Shown here: one piece after another, positions 31,918 to 40,369 of the stretch
How the letters are laid out: each line of letters begins with the position of its first letter
Position numbering within the stretch: position 1 is the stretch's first letter
Virus record (IMG/VR): IMGVR_UViG_3300042474_001151
Span: 1-48,430 of that record
DNA: 48,430 nucleotides
Source: a virus
Taxonomy: Duplodnaviria > Heunggongvirae > Uroviricota > Caudoviricetes
Strand: one strand, 5' to 3'
Notes under the pieces: model-generated
Told to the model about the DNA's origin: nothing
What the model saw: only the letters and a program-made list of their open reading frames with translations
Databases searched by the model: none
Position numbers and translations under genes: made by a program

Positions 31918-32544
31918 ATGTTGACGATTTATAATATAGAAACGATTGATGAATCGAAATTAAACATCCATAGAAAAAAATCTAAGAAGACACAGATATT
32001 ACTATACGACACCCAAAGGAGGGTAGATGATTTTATCAATAAAATAAAACATAGAAAGAACGGTAAATTCGAAGACATCCCACACTTCATTATAACCAAG
32101 TTAGGTACCGTTTACCAATTATTTGACACCGACTATAGTTCCAATACATTTAATGACAATAGGAACGATAAGAAGATGATAAAAATTGCAATTGAGAACT
32201 TGGGTTGGTTAAATAAAAACACCATCACTGGTATCCTTAATAATTGGATTGGAGACCCATACAGGTCCGAACCACACATTAGAAATTGGAGAAATTACTT
32301 TTTTTGGGACAAATACAACGAAAATCAATTATCAGTACTTTCAGAACTTTGTGAAATGTTATGTGAAAGACATGATATTTTCAAACAAACCGTCCCATCT
32401 AACGGATATCTTGAAAATGTATCAAATTTCAAGGGTATTGTATGTAAATCCAACTTTTCGAGTATTTATACAGATATAAACCCTTCATTTAATTTTAGAA
32501 TATTTTTCAACAATGCAAAAGAAACTAATGACAGAATACGATAG
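31918..32544 (+). CDS. Amidase_2 (N-acetylmuramoyl-L-alanine amidase)-fold protein with degenerate Zn ligands
   Basis: QILLYDT, PHFIITKLGTVYQLF, IAIENLGWL, Y.ENQL..L.EL, GIVCKSN...TDINP. Confidence 0.7.
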   Translation: MLTIYNIETIDESKLNIHRKKSKKTQILLYDTQRRVDDFINKIKHRKNGKFEDIPHFIITKLGTVYQLFDTDYSSNTFNDNRNDKKMIKIAIENLGWLNKNTITGILNNWIGDPYRSEPHIRNWRNYFFWDKYNENQLSVLSELCEMLCERHDIFKQTVPSNGYLENVSNFKGIVCKSNFSSIYTDINPSFNFRIFFNNAKETNDRIR

Positions 32545-33064
32545 TACCAAAAATATGTTAAATACATTAAGAAAACTTAATGAATCTAAACAAACAGGTA
32601 CCCTTAGAGAACAATCACAAGAACAAAGAATTAGTAACGATACGTCCACATTCCCAAAGGGAGAAGAACAACCGTCAACTCAATCAATGAAAAATGATTT
32701 AATGGTCATTAATGACGTTGAGGTAAAAATAATGTCAGGAGACAATTTGGATATGAAATTAATGGATGACCAAAAGAAATCCATCTCAGGAATTATTGAT
32801 AATTTCAAACAACAAGTTTCACAAATCGTGGAATTTGAACCGGGTTTTACAATCTCACCTAGTCAAATTAGATTAGATGGTACACTTACAGACGACGATG
32901 TTAGTTTTGTGTTTATTTCGGGAGATGAAAGTGGTTTATATATAAATGCTGACATGTTGAAGTTGGATTCAGAAGTTATGATTGTAATAGATAAATTGGT
33001 AAAATTTGAACCGACATTTAAAACGGCAATGGAACCATTAATAAGTCAAAGAAACAATAACTAA
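32528..33064 (+). CDS. Hypothetical (putative head-associated) protein
   Basis: KLNE and LRE sites near the N-terminus; TATTTATA at 32463. Start 32528 or 32513. Confidence 0.65.
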   Translation: MTEYDSTKNMLNTLRKLNESKQTGTLREQSQEQRISNDTSTFPKGEEQPSTQSMKNDLMVINDVEVKIMSGDNLDMKLMDDQKKSISGIIDNFKQQVSQIVEFEPGFTISPSQIRLDGTLTDDDVSFVFISGDESGLYINADMLKLDSEVMIVIDKLVKFEPTFKTAMEPLISQRNNN

Positions 33065-33066
33065 TA

Positions 33067-33306
33067 ATGTCATTTAGTAACGACGATAAGAAGGAAATAG
33101 AGAGAATCACAAGGAAAGAGATTAAAGATTTCATGGATTCGACCCAAGCACATAGAATTGTTGTTAAAATGATTCAAGATGAATTGGGATCTAAAAAGGT
33201 AGATGATAAAATAGTGGATTTATCCACTAAAGTTGTTGTTGAGTTATTTAAAACATTATGGCAAAGAAAGTCATTTTGGGAAACTGCATTAAAGAACGTT
33301 AGATAA
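33067..33306 (+). CDS. Hypothetical helical protein (79 aa)
   Basis: Tightly coupled to the genes on both sides. Confidence 0.7.
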   Translation: MSFSNDDKKEIERITRKEIKDFMDSTQAHRIVVKMIQDELGSKKVDDKIVDLSTKVVVELFKTLWQRKSFWETALKNVR

Positions 33307-34400
33307 TGGAAAAAGTAATTAAACCTGATATTGAGGGTGAAATGGACGAGTTCCAAAGAATATCGCAAGATTTAAGACGAGATGAAAAAATTGACATCTC
33401 CGTTAAGGAACTTGTACGCTCTTTTGATGGGTTGAAGGAACAAACACTTACAGATGATGTTTGGCCTAAATTAGAGAACACAGAATCAAACGAAATAGAA
33501 AAGGGTGACATTGAGGCGGTTAACGATATTGCAAAAATGTACAATAAGACAAACCCAAAGAAATTAATAAAGGCAATCAAATCAGGTGAGTACGAAAGAC
33601 CTCTAATTTTAAAAATGGGTGACAGATACATTCTTATTGCTGGAAACACAAGATTATGTACCGCGGCAGCAATGGGAGTTAACCCTAAGGTTTTCATAGG
33701 TGAAATTGGAGAGGATGTAAACGAAATAGAAGAGGTAAAAGGGGAAATCAATGAAAAGTGTTGGAAGGGATATACACAAAAGGGAATGAAAACAATGTTT
33801 GGTAAAAGATACCCAAATTGTGTAAAAAAGACAAAAACAAACGAAGCAGCAAATCCAGCTCAACAAGCCGCAATTGCTATTAATATGAAGAAAAAAGGAA
33901 TCGAACCAAAAAAAGAAACTAAAGAATCTATGGGTGCTGGAGGTTCAGGATCATTTGAAGGACCAGTTTTTAGTGATGTAGTATTAAAAAAAGACATTCA
34001 TAAATTCCATAACTCAAACCTTAAAGAACAACAAGAGGAAGTGGGTGAAGCAACCGATGCATCATCTTCAGGTGGTTACGATGTACCTTTGTTTGGTAAA
34101 ACACCCAAAGGACGTAGAAATCCACTAAAGATAGATGGTCCTGATAGTATCTATAAAGGTAGAGCGGTAACAGATAAGAAATTTCCAAAATGGGGAGGTC
34201 CCGGTGGTGTCTTTGTTAAGATTAAGGAGAAGTGTAAAAAGTTCCCTTATTGCAATCAAGGAGACACTGGAGCCTTAGAATTCATTAAAGAAGATAAAGA
34301 AATAGTACAAGCAATAACCGAAACATCAAAAAAATACGGTATTCCATATAAAGAAATGGAAAAAATTGTATTAAATGAGATAAATAAGATATTTATTTAG
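33306..34400 (+). CDS. ParB/Srx-like domain fused to short peptide modules (putative processed head protein)
   Basis: PLILKMGDRYILIAGNTRL (ParB-like); CWKGY...PNCV, ANPAQQAAIAI and SSSGGYDVP modules flanked by x-x-E sites. Confidence 0.7.
   Translation: MEKVIKPDIEGEMDEFQRISQDLRRDEKIDISVKELVRSFDGLKEQTLTDDVWPKLENTESNEIEKGDIEAVNDIAKMYNKTNPKKLIKAIKSGEYERPLILKMGDRYILIAGNTRLCTAAAMGVNPKVFIGEIGEDVNEIEEVKGEINEKCWKGYTQKGMKTMFGKRYPNCVKKTKTNEAANPAQQAAIAINMKKKGIEPKKETKESMGAGGSGSFEGPVFSDVVLKKDIHKFHNSNLKEQQEEVGEATDASSSGGYDVPLFGKTPKGRRNPLKIDGPDSIYKGRAVTDKKFPKWGGPGGVFVKIKEKCKKFPYCNQGDTGALEFIKEDKEIVQAITETSKKYGIPYKEMEKIVLNEINKIFI
34390..34396 (+). promoter_or_regulatory. TATTTAT late-type promoter motif
   Basis: 5 nt before ATG 34402. 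Confidence 0.6.
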
Positions 34401-34401
34401 T

Positions 34402-35679
34402 ATGAAAATAACAGAACTTAACACAATTATTGAAAATGTGATATCTGATGAGGTCAGAAGAATCATTATTTCAGAATCCGAAGAGGGTAAAAAAGAAGTA
34501 TATCATGTAACATGTGAAGGTGAACCTGTTAGTACTCATGACTCTAAAGAAGAGGCGGAGAGTCATTTAGATATATATAAAAAAGACCATCCAGGTAAAC
34601 AATTTATAGTTGAAAAAGGGATTTATGAATCTCATTCAGATATGATTGATAAATTAGATGAAATGGGTCAACAATTAGAAGAAAAAGAAAATACAAATAT
34701 GGAAAATCAAGAACCAAAAGAGGGTAATTTATTCTCAGGTGCGTTATTAAAAGCTAAGGAAAACGGTGATGAAAAATTTACTGTTGGTGGTAAAGAATAT
34801 GATGTTAAGGAATCTTGGCAACAAATGGAAGAAGAGGAAATTCGTGAAGATGAGTACTGTGAGCAATGTGGTGATAATGACATGAAAGAAGAAGAACCAA
34901 AAGAAGGTAAAAAATTCACTCAAATGTTAATGAAATCTATTACTGAGAAGACAGAAGCATGTGAGCAATGTGGTGGTATGTTAAATGAGGAAGGAAGTTG
35001 TGATGAATGTGGTGGTGGAATGTATGAATCTAAAAAGAAAAAATTACGTTTGAAGGAATCTGAATTAGTTAGTCTTATAACTAAAATGGTTAACGAATCT
35101 ATCCCTGGATTAGAGGCTGCTAAAAATTCACATAAAGAAAGTGGTAAAGAAAACAACGCACATTTAGCTGATGTTGATAAAAAAATGAAAGATTATTTAT
35201 CATTCGATGGTAATGATAATCCTGAATTCCCTAAAGCAATTGGTAAAGGAGATAAGGTAGCAAGAAAAAACACTCCAGAACAAGAAGACGAAATTAAAAA
35301 GAATTTTGCCGGTTTGGAAAATTTAGATTATGATATTGAACCATCTGAACAATTTAAGAAAAGATTGAAGATGGCAATTGATGGTGATAAATTAATGGGT
35401 AATTCACCTACAACAGAGAAAACAAATGTAGTACCAAGTAATGGTGCAAAATTAGGTGAAGAACCAAAAGATAAAGACGGTAACAGTATTCCAACACCAG
35501 AAACCGCTAAGAAAATAGAAAAACAAGTTAAGAATAGGGCGGAAGATAAAAAGAAAAGAGTTCTCTACAAAAAAGAGGAAGTTCCAGTTAACGAGTCTAA
35601 AGGAAAATTTTCTAACATTCTTGAAGAAGAAATTAAGAAAATGAAAGATATGGCTAACTACAACAAAAAAACTCAATAA
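34402..35679 (+). CDS. Glu/Lys-rich putative head scaffold/core protein with three C[E/D]xCG motifs
   Basis: Many (I/L/V/M)-x-E sites; LRLKESELVSLITKMVNE; CEQCG twice and CDECG; late-type motif 5 nt upstream. Confidence 0.65.
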   Translation: MKITELNTIIENVISDEVRRIIISESEEGKKEVYHVTCEGEPVSTHDSKEEAESHLDIYKKDHPGKQFIVEKGIYESHSDMIDKLDEMGQQLEEKENTNMENQEPKEGNLFSGALLKAKENGDEKFTVGGKEYDVKESWQQMEEEEIREDEYCEQCGDNDMKEEEPKEGKKFTQMLMKSITEKTEACEQCGGMLNEEGSCDECGGGMYESKKKKLRLKESELVSLITKMVNESIPGLEAAKNSHKESGKENNAHLADVDKKMKDYLSFDGNDNPEFPKAIGKGDKVARKNTPEQEDEIKKNFAGLENLDYDIEPSEQFKKRLKMAIDGDKLMGNSPTTEKTNVVPSNGAKLGEEPKDKDGNSIPTPETAKKIEKQVKNRAEDKKKRVLYKKEEVPVNESKGKFSNILEEEIKKMKDMANYNKKTQ

Positions 35680-35705
35680 TTCTTCTTTTTATTTTCTTTT
35701 ATTCT

Positions 35706-35713
35706 TATATTTG
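35706..35713 (+). promoter_or_regulatory. Bacteroidota-type -7 element TATATTTG
   Basis: Exact consensus upstream of ATG 35727. Confidence 0.6.
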
Positions 35714-35726
35714 ACATAATAGGAAC

Positions 35727-36182
35727 ATGGAAAATAGAGAAGGTTATTTAGAGTTTATTACATCAGAAAATTACAAGAATCAAATAGATGTTTGGTACAG
35801 GGCTTATAATATAAGTCGAGAAAAAACCGAACTATTTTACGATTTCCTAACTTCATTATATTCTTTGGTTGATGAAACCTATTTAGGTTCAGATGTTGTC
35901 TATCTTGAGGAATCACAAAAGGGTCACTTCACTTGGTGTTGGGATAAAATTGTGGATAACTTTAGTAAAGAAAAAATATTATTTAAAGAAAGGGGAAATT
36001 ACTACGAATATTTTTGGAACTTCTTTTTGGAAGCATTCTATTTCAATAAGTTAGATGAGAAACCAGTAAGAATCAAAGAATATTTTGAAACCTTATTCGA
36101 CTTCAAACACAAAAAAACCAGGTCTGAACTGGACATGTTATCAGAAATTTACAAATTGTTTGAACAAAACTTGAAAAAGTAA
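35727..36182 (+). CDS. Hypothetical protein (151 aa)
   Basis: Clean ORF with TATATTTG upstream. Confidence 0.75.
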   Translation: MENREGYLEFITSENYKNQIDVWYRAYNISREKTELFYDFLTSLYSLVDETYLGSDVVYLEESQKGHFTWCWDKIVDNFSKEKILFKERGNYYEYFWNFFLEAFYFNKLDEKPVRIKEYFETLFDFKHKKTRSELDMLSEIYKLFEQNLKK

Positions 36183-36201
36183 AATTTTTTCCGTATATTC
36201 G
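36171..36201 (+). promoter_or_regulatory. Bacteroidota-type promoter TTG-N20-TATATTCG
   Basis: Upstream of the Hc1-like gene. Confidence 0.55.
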
Positions 36202-36220
36202 TATTAAAAACTGAAATATT

Positions 36221-36409
36221 ATGGAAACCTTAAAAAAAATCAAGGACCTAGTTGAGAAGATGTCAGTTGATACCCAAAAGGTATTTGATAAGGGTAATCG
36301 TAGTGCATCTATCAGAGCAAGGAAATATGCACAAGAAATAAAAATCCTTATTGCGACATATCGTAAGGACGTACTTGAAGAAATGAAAAGACATGATGGA
36401 ACAAATTAA
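36221..36409 (+). CDS. Histone H1-like (Hc1-family, Bacteroidota-type) nucleoid protein
   Basis: FDKGNRSASIRARKYAQEIK...YRK matches the KGNKAAGTRARK...E.K...FRK family pattern. Confidence 0.8.
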   Translation: METLKKIKDLVEKMSVDTQKVFDKGNRSASIRARKYAQEIKILIATYRKDVLEEMKRHDGTN

Positions 36410-36572
36410 ATTATACCTATTCGTATTGAGTATTATCTATTCACTACGATTTCTTGTTGCGTTTGTAATTAGACTCACACAGGAAAATCCAGAACAAATG
36501 AAACTATCCAAAGTTGAGGATACTTTACTATTGTTTTCATTATCATACATAATAACCTATTTTTTAATTTAA
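36393..36572 (+). CDS. Small two-TM membrane protein (59 aa; not in the ORF track)
   Basis: MMEQIKLYLFVLSIIYSLRFLVAFVIRLTQENPEQMKLSKVEDTLLLFSLSYIITYFLI*; fills the gap between neighbouring genes. Confidence 0.65.
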   Translation: MMEQIKLYLFVLSIIYSLRFLVAFVIRLTQENPEQMKLSKVEDTLLLFSLSYIITYFLI

Positions 36573-36576
36573 TAAC

Positions 36577-37032
36577 GTGTTTGAAAGTATAAAATCATTA
36601 AGACCTCATTTCCACTCATTAAGAGAAATAGAAGGTAACGTAAGTTTAGATATTAAACTGCCATTGAATTGGAGACATGAAGACATATGTAAACCTTATA
36701 GGTCTATAAAAATAAAAGTTCAAGATAAAAATGAAAAATTTACATTATTATCATTAATATCATCAGGAACTCAGGATGGATACGATGTTGTTTTTGCATG
36801 TGCGTTAGAAATTTTGCAGGTTAACAAAGATGAAGAAGAAAAACAAAAACTTTTTCAAGAAAAGGTAAAAGAATTACAAGTACTATTTAAAAAAGAATCG
36901 TTAGATAAATTAAAAGACATAAATCTATTGGAAGATTATGGACAAGAAATTACAGCAGGGGATGGAGTGGTTGAACAAGGAGATGAAGAAGGACAACAAG
37001 GAGATACAGAACCACAAGATTCAGATGATTGA
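36577..37032 (+). CDS. Hypothetical protein (151 aa, GTG start)
   Basis: Operon-like spacing; C-terminal coiled coil and acidic tail. Confidence 0.7.
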   Translation: MFESIKSLRPHFHSLREIEGNVSLDIKLPLNWRHEDICKPYRSIKIKVQDKNEKFTLLSLISSGTQDGYDVVFACALEILQVNKDEEEKQKLFQEKVKELQVLFKKESLDKLKDINLLEDYGQEITAGDGVVEQGDEEGQQGDTEPQDSDD

Positions 37033-37141
37033 AGAAATAAAAAAATTGGACAAGAGAAAAATGTTCGAAGAAAAACCAAAAAAGAAAGTATCTATAATAG
37101 ATAAAATATTAAAGATATTAGGTTATGGAAAAAAAGGGTGA
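36938..37141 (+). CDS. Hypothetical basic helical protein (67 aa)
   Basis: Overlaps the upstream gene by 95 nt and the downstream gene by 17 nt. Confidence 0.6.
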   Translation: MDKKLQQGMEWLNKEMKKDNKEIQNHKIQMIEEIKKLDKRKMFEEKPKKKVSIIDKILKILGYGKKG

Positions 37142-37358
37142 TTTATTAAATCAGTTAGCAATTATATCAGACCTATTAGAAAAGGTCAATGCCGAAATAG
37201 AATCACAAACTATTGTGTTGGAGTTGAGTAAACCAGAATTCAATAAGGTTTTTAAAATCATTGAAAAAAAGTACGGAAAAGTAATGGATACACCAACAGA
37301 CACATTTACAATCAATATGGGAGTTGTAAATATTATTTTTAATACGAATAATGTCTAA
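37125..37358 (+). CDS. Hypothetical protein (77 aa)
   Basis: ORF converging on the minus-strand gene. Confidence 0.65.
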   Translation: MEKKGDLLNQLAIISDLLEKVNAEIESQTIVLELSKPEFNKVFKIIEKKYGKVMDTPTDTFTINMGVVNIIFNTNNV

Positions 37359-37983
37359 ATAATTCCGATTTCTTATATCCTTTCGCAATTAACATTGCAT
37401 ATAACATTTTTCTTTGTTGGGTAGACACATCTTTAACAAACATAAAATTTCCCCTCTTTCTGTTAAGTAAATCGTTCTTAACAATCTCAAATAATCTTTC
37501 TGTATCAATTAAATTTTTACAACTAAAGTATCTTACATTATCTTCAATTTGAACAAACAATTTATTGTTCAATGTAAAAATTTGAGCAATATCGTTAATT
37601 GGTAATATTTGTTCCATCATTTCATGATAACGAATTCTTTTACCATTATCATAATCATAAACCTTTTCTTCCACCCAATATGGAATAATTTCTTTTATTC
37701 TTAAATTATCATCCTCTAATATTGCCTTTTGGTTTCTACCTAAACTATCTTTAACCCAAACTTGATCTGACCATCTGTTATTTGGTAATAACAATCCTAA
37801 TTCATAAACAAGTTCTTGTCTCCTTTTACCACCTTGTAATTTAACAAATGGGGGTTTCTTTTCAGTCTTATACTCTCTCCAATATTCATACACAGTTTTT
37901 CTCTGCATACATTTATAAAGAACTTTAATTTTCTTTTGATTTTCAAATAAGACAATCGCATATTTAAAACTATTGTTTTTCAT
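37339..37983 (-). CDS. Hypothetical basic protein (214 aa)
   Basis: Long minus-strand ORF with no competing plus-strand ORF. Confidence 0.75.
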   Translation of the reverse strand: MKNNSFKYAIVLFENQKKIKVLYKCMQRKTVYEYWREYKTEKKPPFVKLQGGKRRQELVYELGLLLPNNRWSDQVWVKDSLGRNQKAILEDDNLRIKEIIPYWVEEKVYDYDNGKRIRYHEMMEQILPINDIAQIFTLNNKLFVQIEDNVRYFSCKNLIDTERLFEIVKNDLLNRKRGNFMFVKDVSTQQRKMLYAMLIAKGYKKSELFRHYSY

Positions 37984-38138
37984 ATAAACTTAGATATTAA
38001 AGTAAATAACCCATAAAACCCCAAAAATGTCCATACTATTACAATCCACAAAGCTAATTTTGAGGACCCTTCAAAGGTTTTCATTAATTCCTTTCTAGTT
38101 TCGTTTGGTATTTTTTGTTTACAATTCGAACATGCCAT
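37980..38138 (-). CDS. Small CxxC + C-terminal TM protein (52 aa; not in the ORF track)
   Basis: MACSNCKQKIPNETRKELMKTFEGSSKLALWIVIVWTFLGFYGLFTLISKFI*; ATGA overlap with the 37983 start. Confidence 0.65.
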   Translation of the reverse strand: MACSNCKQKIPNETRKELMKTFEGSSKLALWIVIVWTFLGFYGLFTLISKFI

Positions 38139-38162
38139 GGTACAATATATAAAATTTTAGAC

Positions 38163-38169
38163 TATTTAT
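38163..38169 (+). promoter_or_regulatory. TATTTAT late-type promoter motif
   Basis: 4 nt before ATG 38174. Confidence 0.6.
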
Positions 38170-38173
38170 CAAC

Positions 38174-38587
38174 ATGAAGCTAATAAATATATTGAAAGAA
38201 ATGAGTTTAGATACGTCTAACCTACCTGATGGTGGGGATTGTTTCGATTCTGCTTATGAGTATATGATAGAGAACGGACCAACAAACAAAAATCTAAAAT
38301 TGGTTCATGGTATAGTTTCGGGTCAGGGTAAGTTATCAGGTAAAAGATATACACATGCGTGGTGTGAAGACGATAATGACGTGATTGACACCTCCAACGG
38401 AAACAATTTTCAAATAATTAAAATGTTATATTATGGAATTGGTAACGTAAACCCAAACCAAGGGAAATATTACGATTACAACGAAACTCTTCGTATGTCC
38501 AACAAATATGGTAACAAAGGACCTTGGGAAATTGAAAACAAGGTGTATGACGAAAAATTCAACTCTAAGACAGGTTTTTACGATTAA
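38174..38587 (+). CDS. Transglutaminase/papain-like Cys-His-Asp protein with N-terminal MKLINILKE leader
   Basis: GDCF (Cys), LVHG, HAWCE (His), VIDTS (Asp). Confidence 0.6.
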   Translation: MKLINILKEMSLDTSNLPDGGDCFDSAYEYMIENGPTNKNLKLVHGIVSGQGKLSGKRYTHAWCEDDNDVIDTSNGNNFQIIKMLYYGIGNVNPNQGKYYDYNETLRMSNKYGNKGPWEIENKVYDEKFNSKTGFYD

Positions 38588-38645
38588 CGTTTTTTTTTCT
38601 CATTTTTTTTAGTTATATTTTCTTTATAACATATAAAATAAACAA

Positions 38646-39488
38646 ATGATTAGTTACATCGGAGGTAAAGCAAGAATTGGTAAATGGATTGTCCCACAAA
38701 TCCCAACAGACATTGAAACCTATGTGGAGGGATTTTCAGGTATGTTTTGGGTCTTTTTTAATATGGACTTAACAAAGTACCCAAACTTAAAAACTGTGGT
38801 CTATAATGACTTTAATAGACTAAATGCCAATCTTATGAAATGGGCAAAACAATATGATGTTTTGCACGAAGCCCTATCACATTATCCATGTCAACAATTA
38901 GGGGTTGTAGATACACCTCCGGAGTATGCTCAGATGTTTAATCAATACCAACAAGAGGTGTTTAATAGTGAATTGGTAATCACCGATGAAAATAGTTTAG
39001 AAGTTGCATGTAAATACATTTACGTATTATGTCAAGTATTCTCAGGTTCTAAACCTGAAACTGCTACTTACACCGATTATAAAGGAAAATATCGTTGTAA
39101 AGTTCTTATCTTTATGGATAAGTTAAAGAACCCAAAATATCGTGAACATTTTGATAAAATAACATTTGTTGAGAATATGGATTTTCAGTCCGTTGTTGAA
39201 AAATACGATTCACCAACAACCTATTTCTATATGGATCCACCATATTGGAAAACTGAAAACTATTACTCAAATCACGACTTTGATGTAAATGACCACACAA
39301 GACTCGCTGATTGTATTAAAAATATTGAAGGTAAGTTTAGTTTATCATATTATGATTTCCCTAAATTATCTGAATGGTTCCCTAAGGATGAATATAAATG
39401 GGAACAAAAAGATTTCGCCAAAGCTGCGGCGGCTAAAAAAGACGGTAAACAGAATATGGGAACCGAACTTTTAATAATGAATTATTAA
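38646..39488 (+). CDS. dam: D12-class (Dam-family) N6-adenine DNA methyltransferase
   Basis: YIGGK, YVEGFSG, YND, DF, YMDPPY, LSY, ELLIMNY. Target site not inferable. Confidence 0.88.
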   Translation: MISYIGGKARIGKWIVPQIPTDIETYVEGFSGMFWVFFNMDLTKYPNLKTVVYNDFNRLNANLMKWAKQYDVLHEALSHYPCQQLGVVDTPPEYAQMFNQYQQEVFNSELVITDENSLEVACKYIYVLCQVFSGSKPETATYTDYKGKYRCKVLIFMDKLKNPKYREHFDKITFVENMDFQSVVEKYDSPTTYFYMDPPYWKTENYYSNHDFDVNDHTRLADCIKNIEGKFSLSYYDFPKLSEWFPKDEYKWEQKDFAKAAAAKKDGKQNMGTELLIMNY

Positions 39489-39497
39489 AATTAGAAC

Positions 39498-40022
39498 ATG
39501 GAAACAAATTGGTACTTGGTAAAAGTTCTACCAGGAAAAGAAAGAACATTGGCTGAAGAGTTTAATAAATATATTTCATTGGGTAGAATGAAACCGGTTA
39601 CAAGGTTTGTTTGTCCAACTGAAAAAAATATGGTTGTTGTAAAAAATAAAAAAGTTATAAGAGAAAAGGTTCTTTATAGTGGATATCTTTATTTTGAAAC
39701 GGGTAAGAAATTAAATGAGGATGAATTAAAAACTCTATCGTTATTACCAAATATCATGGGTATGGGTGGAAGTAGAATCCCAATTGAATTACGAGATAGT
39801 GACATTAAAAGAATTTTAAAAGATGATACATTAGAACAACACGTGGATTCTAAAAAATTAAAATACATAATTGGTGAAGCGGTAACAGTTATTGAGGGTC
39901 CGTTTAATACATTTGAAGGAACAATTGCAGAAATAAATGGAGATAAGGTCTCAATAGAAATAAAAATATTTGGTAGAAATACTGCGGTTGAATTAACACT
40001 AAACCAAATAGCAAAAGTATAA
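39498..40022 (+). CDS. nusG: Transcription elongation factor NusG (NGN + KOW)
   Basis: WY...GKE, PTE, YSGYLYFE; KOW motif IGEAVTVIEGPFNTFEGTI; IFGRNTAVEL. Confidence 0.93.
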   Translation: METNWYLVKVLPGKERTLAEEFNKYISLGRMKPVTRFVCPTEKNMVVVKNKKVIREKVLYSGYLYFETGKKLNEDELKTLSLLPNIMGMGGSRIPIELRDSDIKRILKDDTLEQHVDSKKLKYIIGEAVTVIEGPFNTFEGTIAEINGDKVSIEIKIFGRNTAVELTLNQIAKV

Positions 40023-40333
40023 TGGAGTTCCCACCCGAAGTTTTAATTTATTTACAAACGGTAAAAAAATATTTTCAAACTAACCAAGAGGCTAGAGATT
40101 ATTTTATTTCAGATTCAAATGAGGATGTTTTCTTTAAACACCTTTGTGAAATATCTGAAAAAAATTTTAAGCAAAATGGTGAGGTTATGTTAACTAAAGA
40201 ACAATTTGAACTTCTTAGAAGAACAATACTTGCAATTAAAATATCAACTGAGGATTTACCTGAAGAAAGTAACGACGTAGAAGATAATATTTTTATCGAC
40301 ATGAGAGGATATGGAAAAATATGTCTTAACTAA
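40022..40333 (+). CDS. Hypothetical protein (103 aa)
   Basis: TAATG-coupled to nusG. Confidence 0.7.
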   Translation: MEFPPEVLIYLQTVKKYFQTNQEARDYFISDSNEDVFFKHLCEISEKNFKQNGEVMLTKEQFELLRRTILAIKISTEDLPEESNDVEDNIFIDMRGYGKICLN

Positions 40334-40369
40334 CTTTATTTTCTAACAATTTTTTTTTATTATTATACT

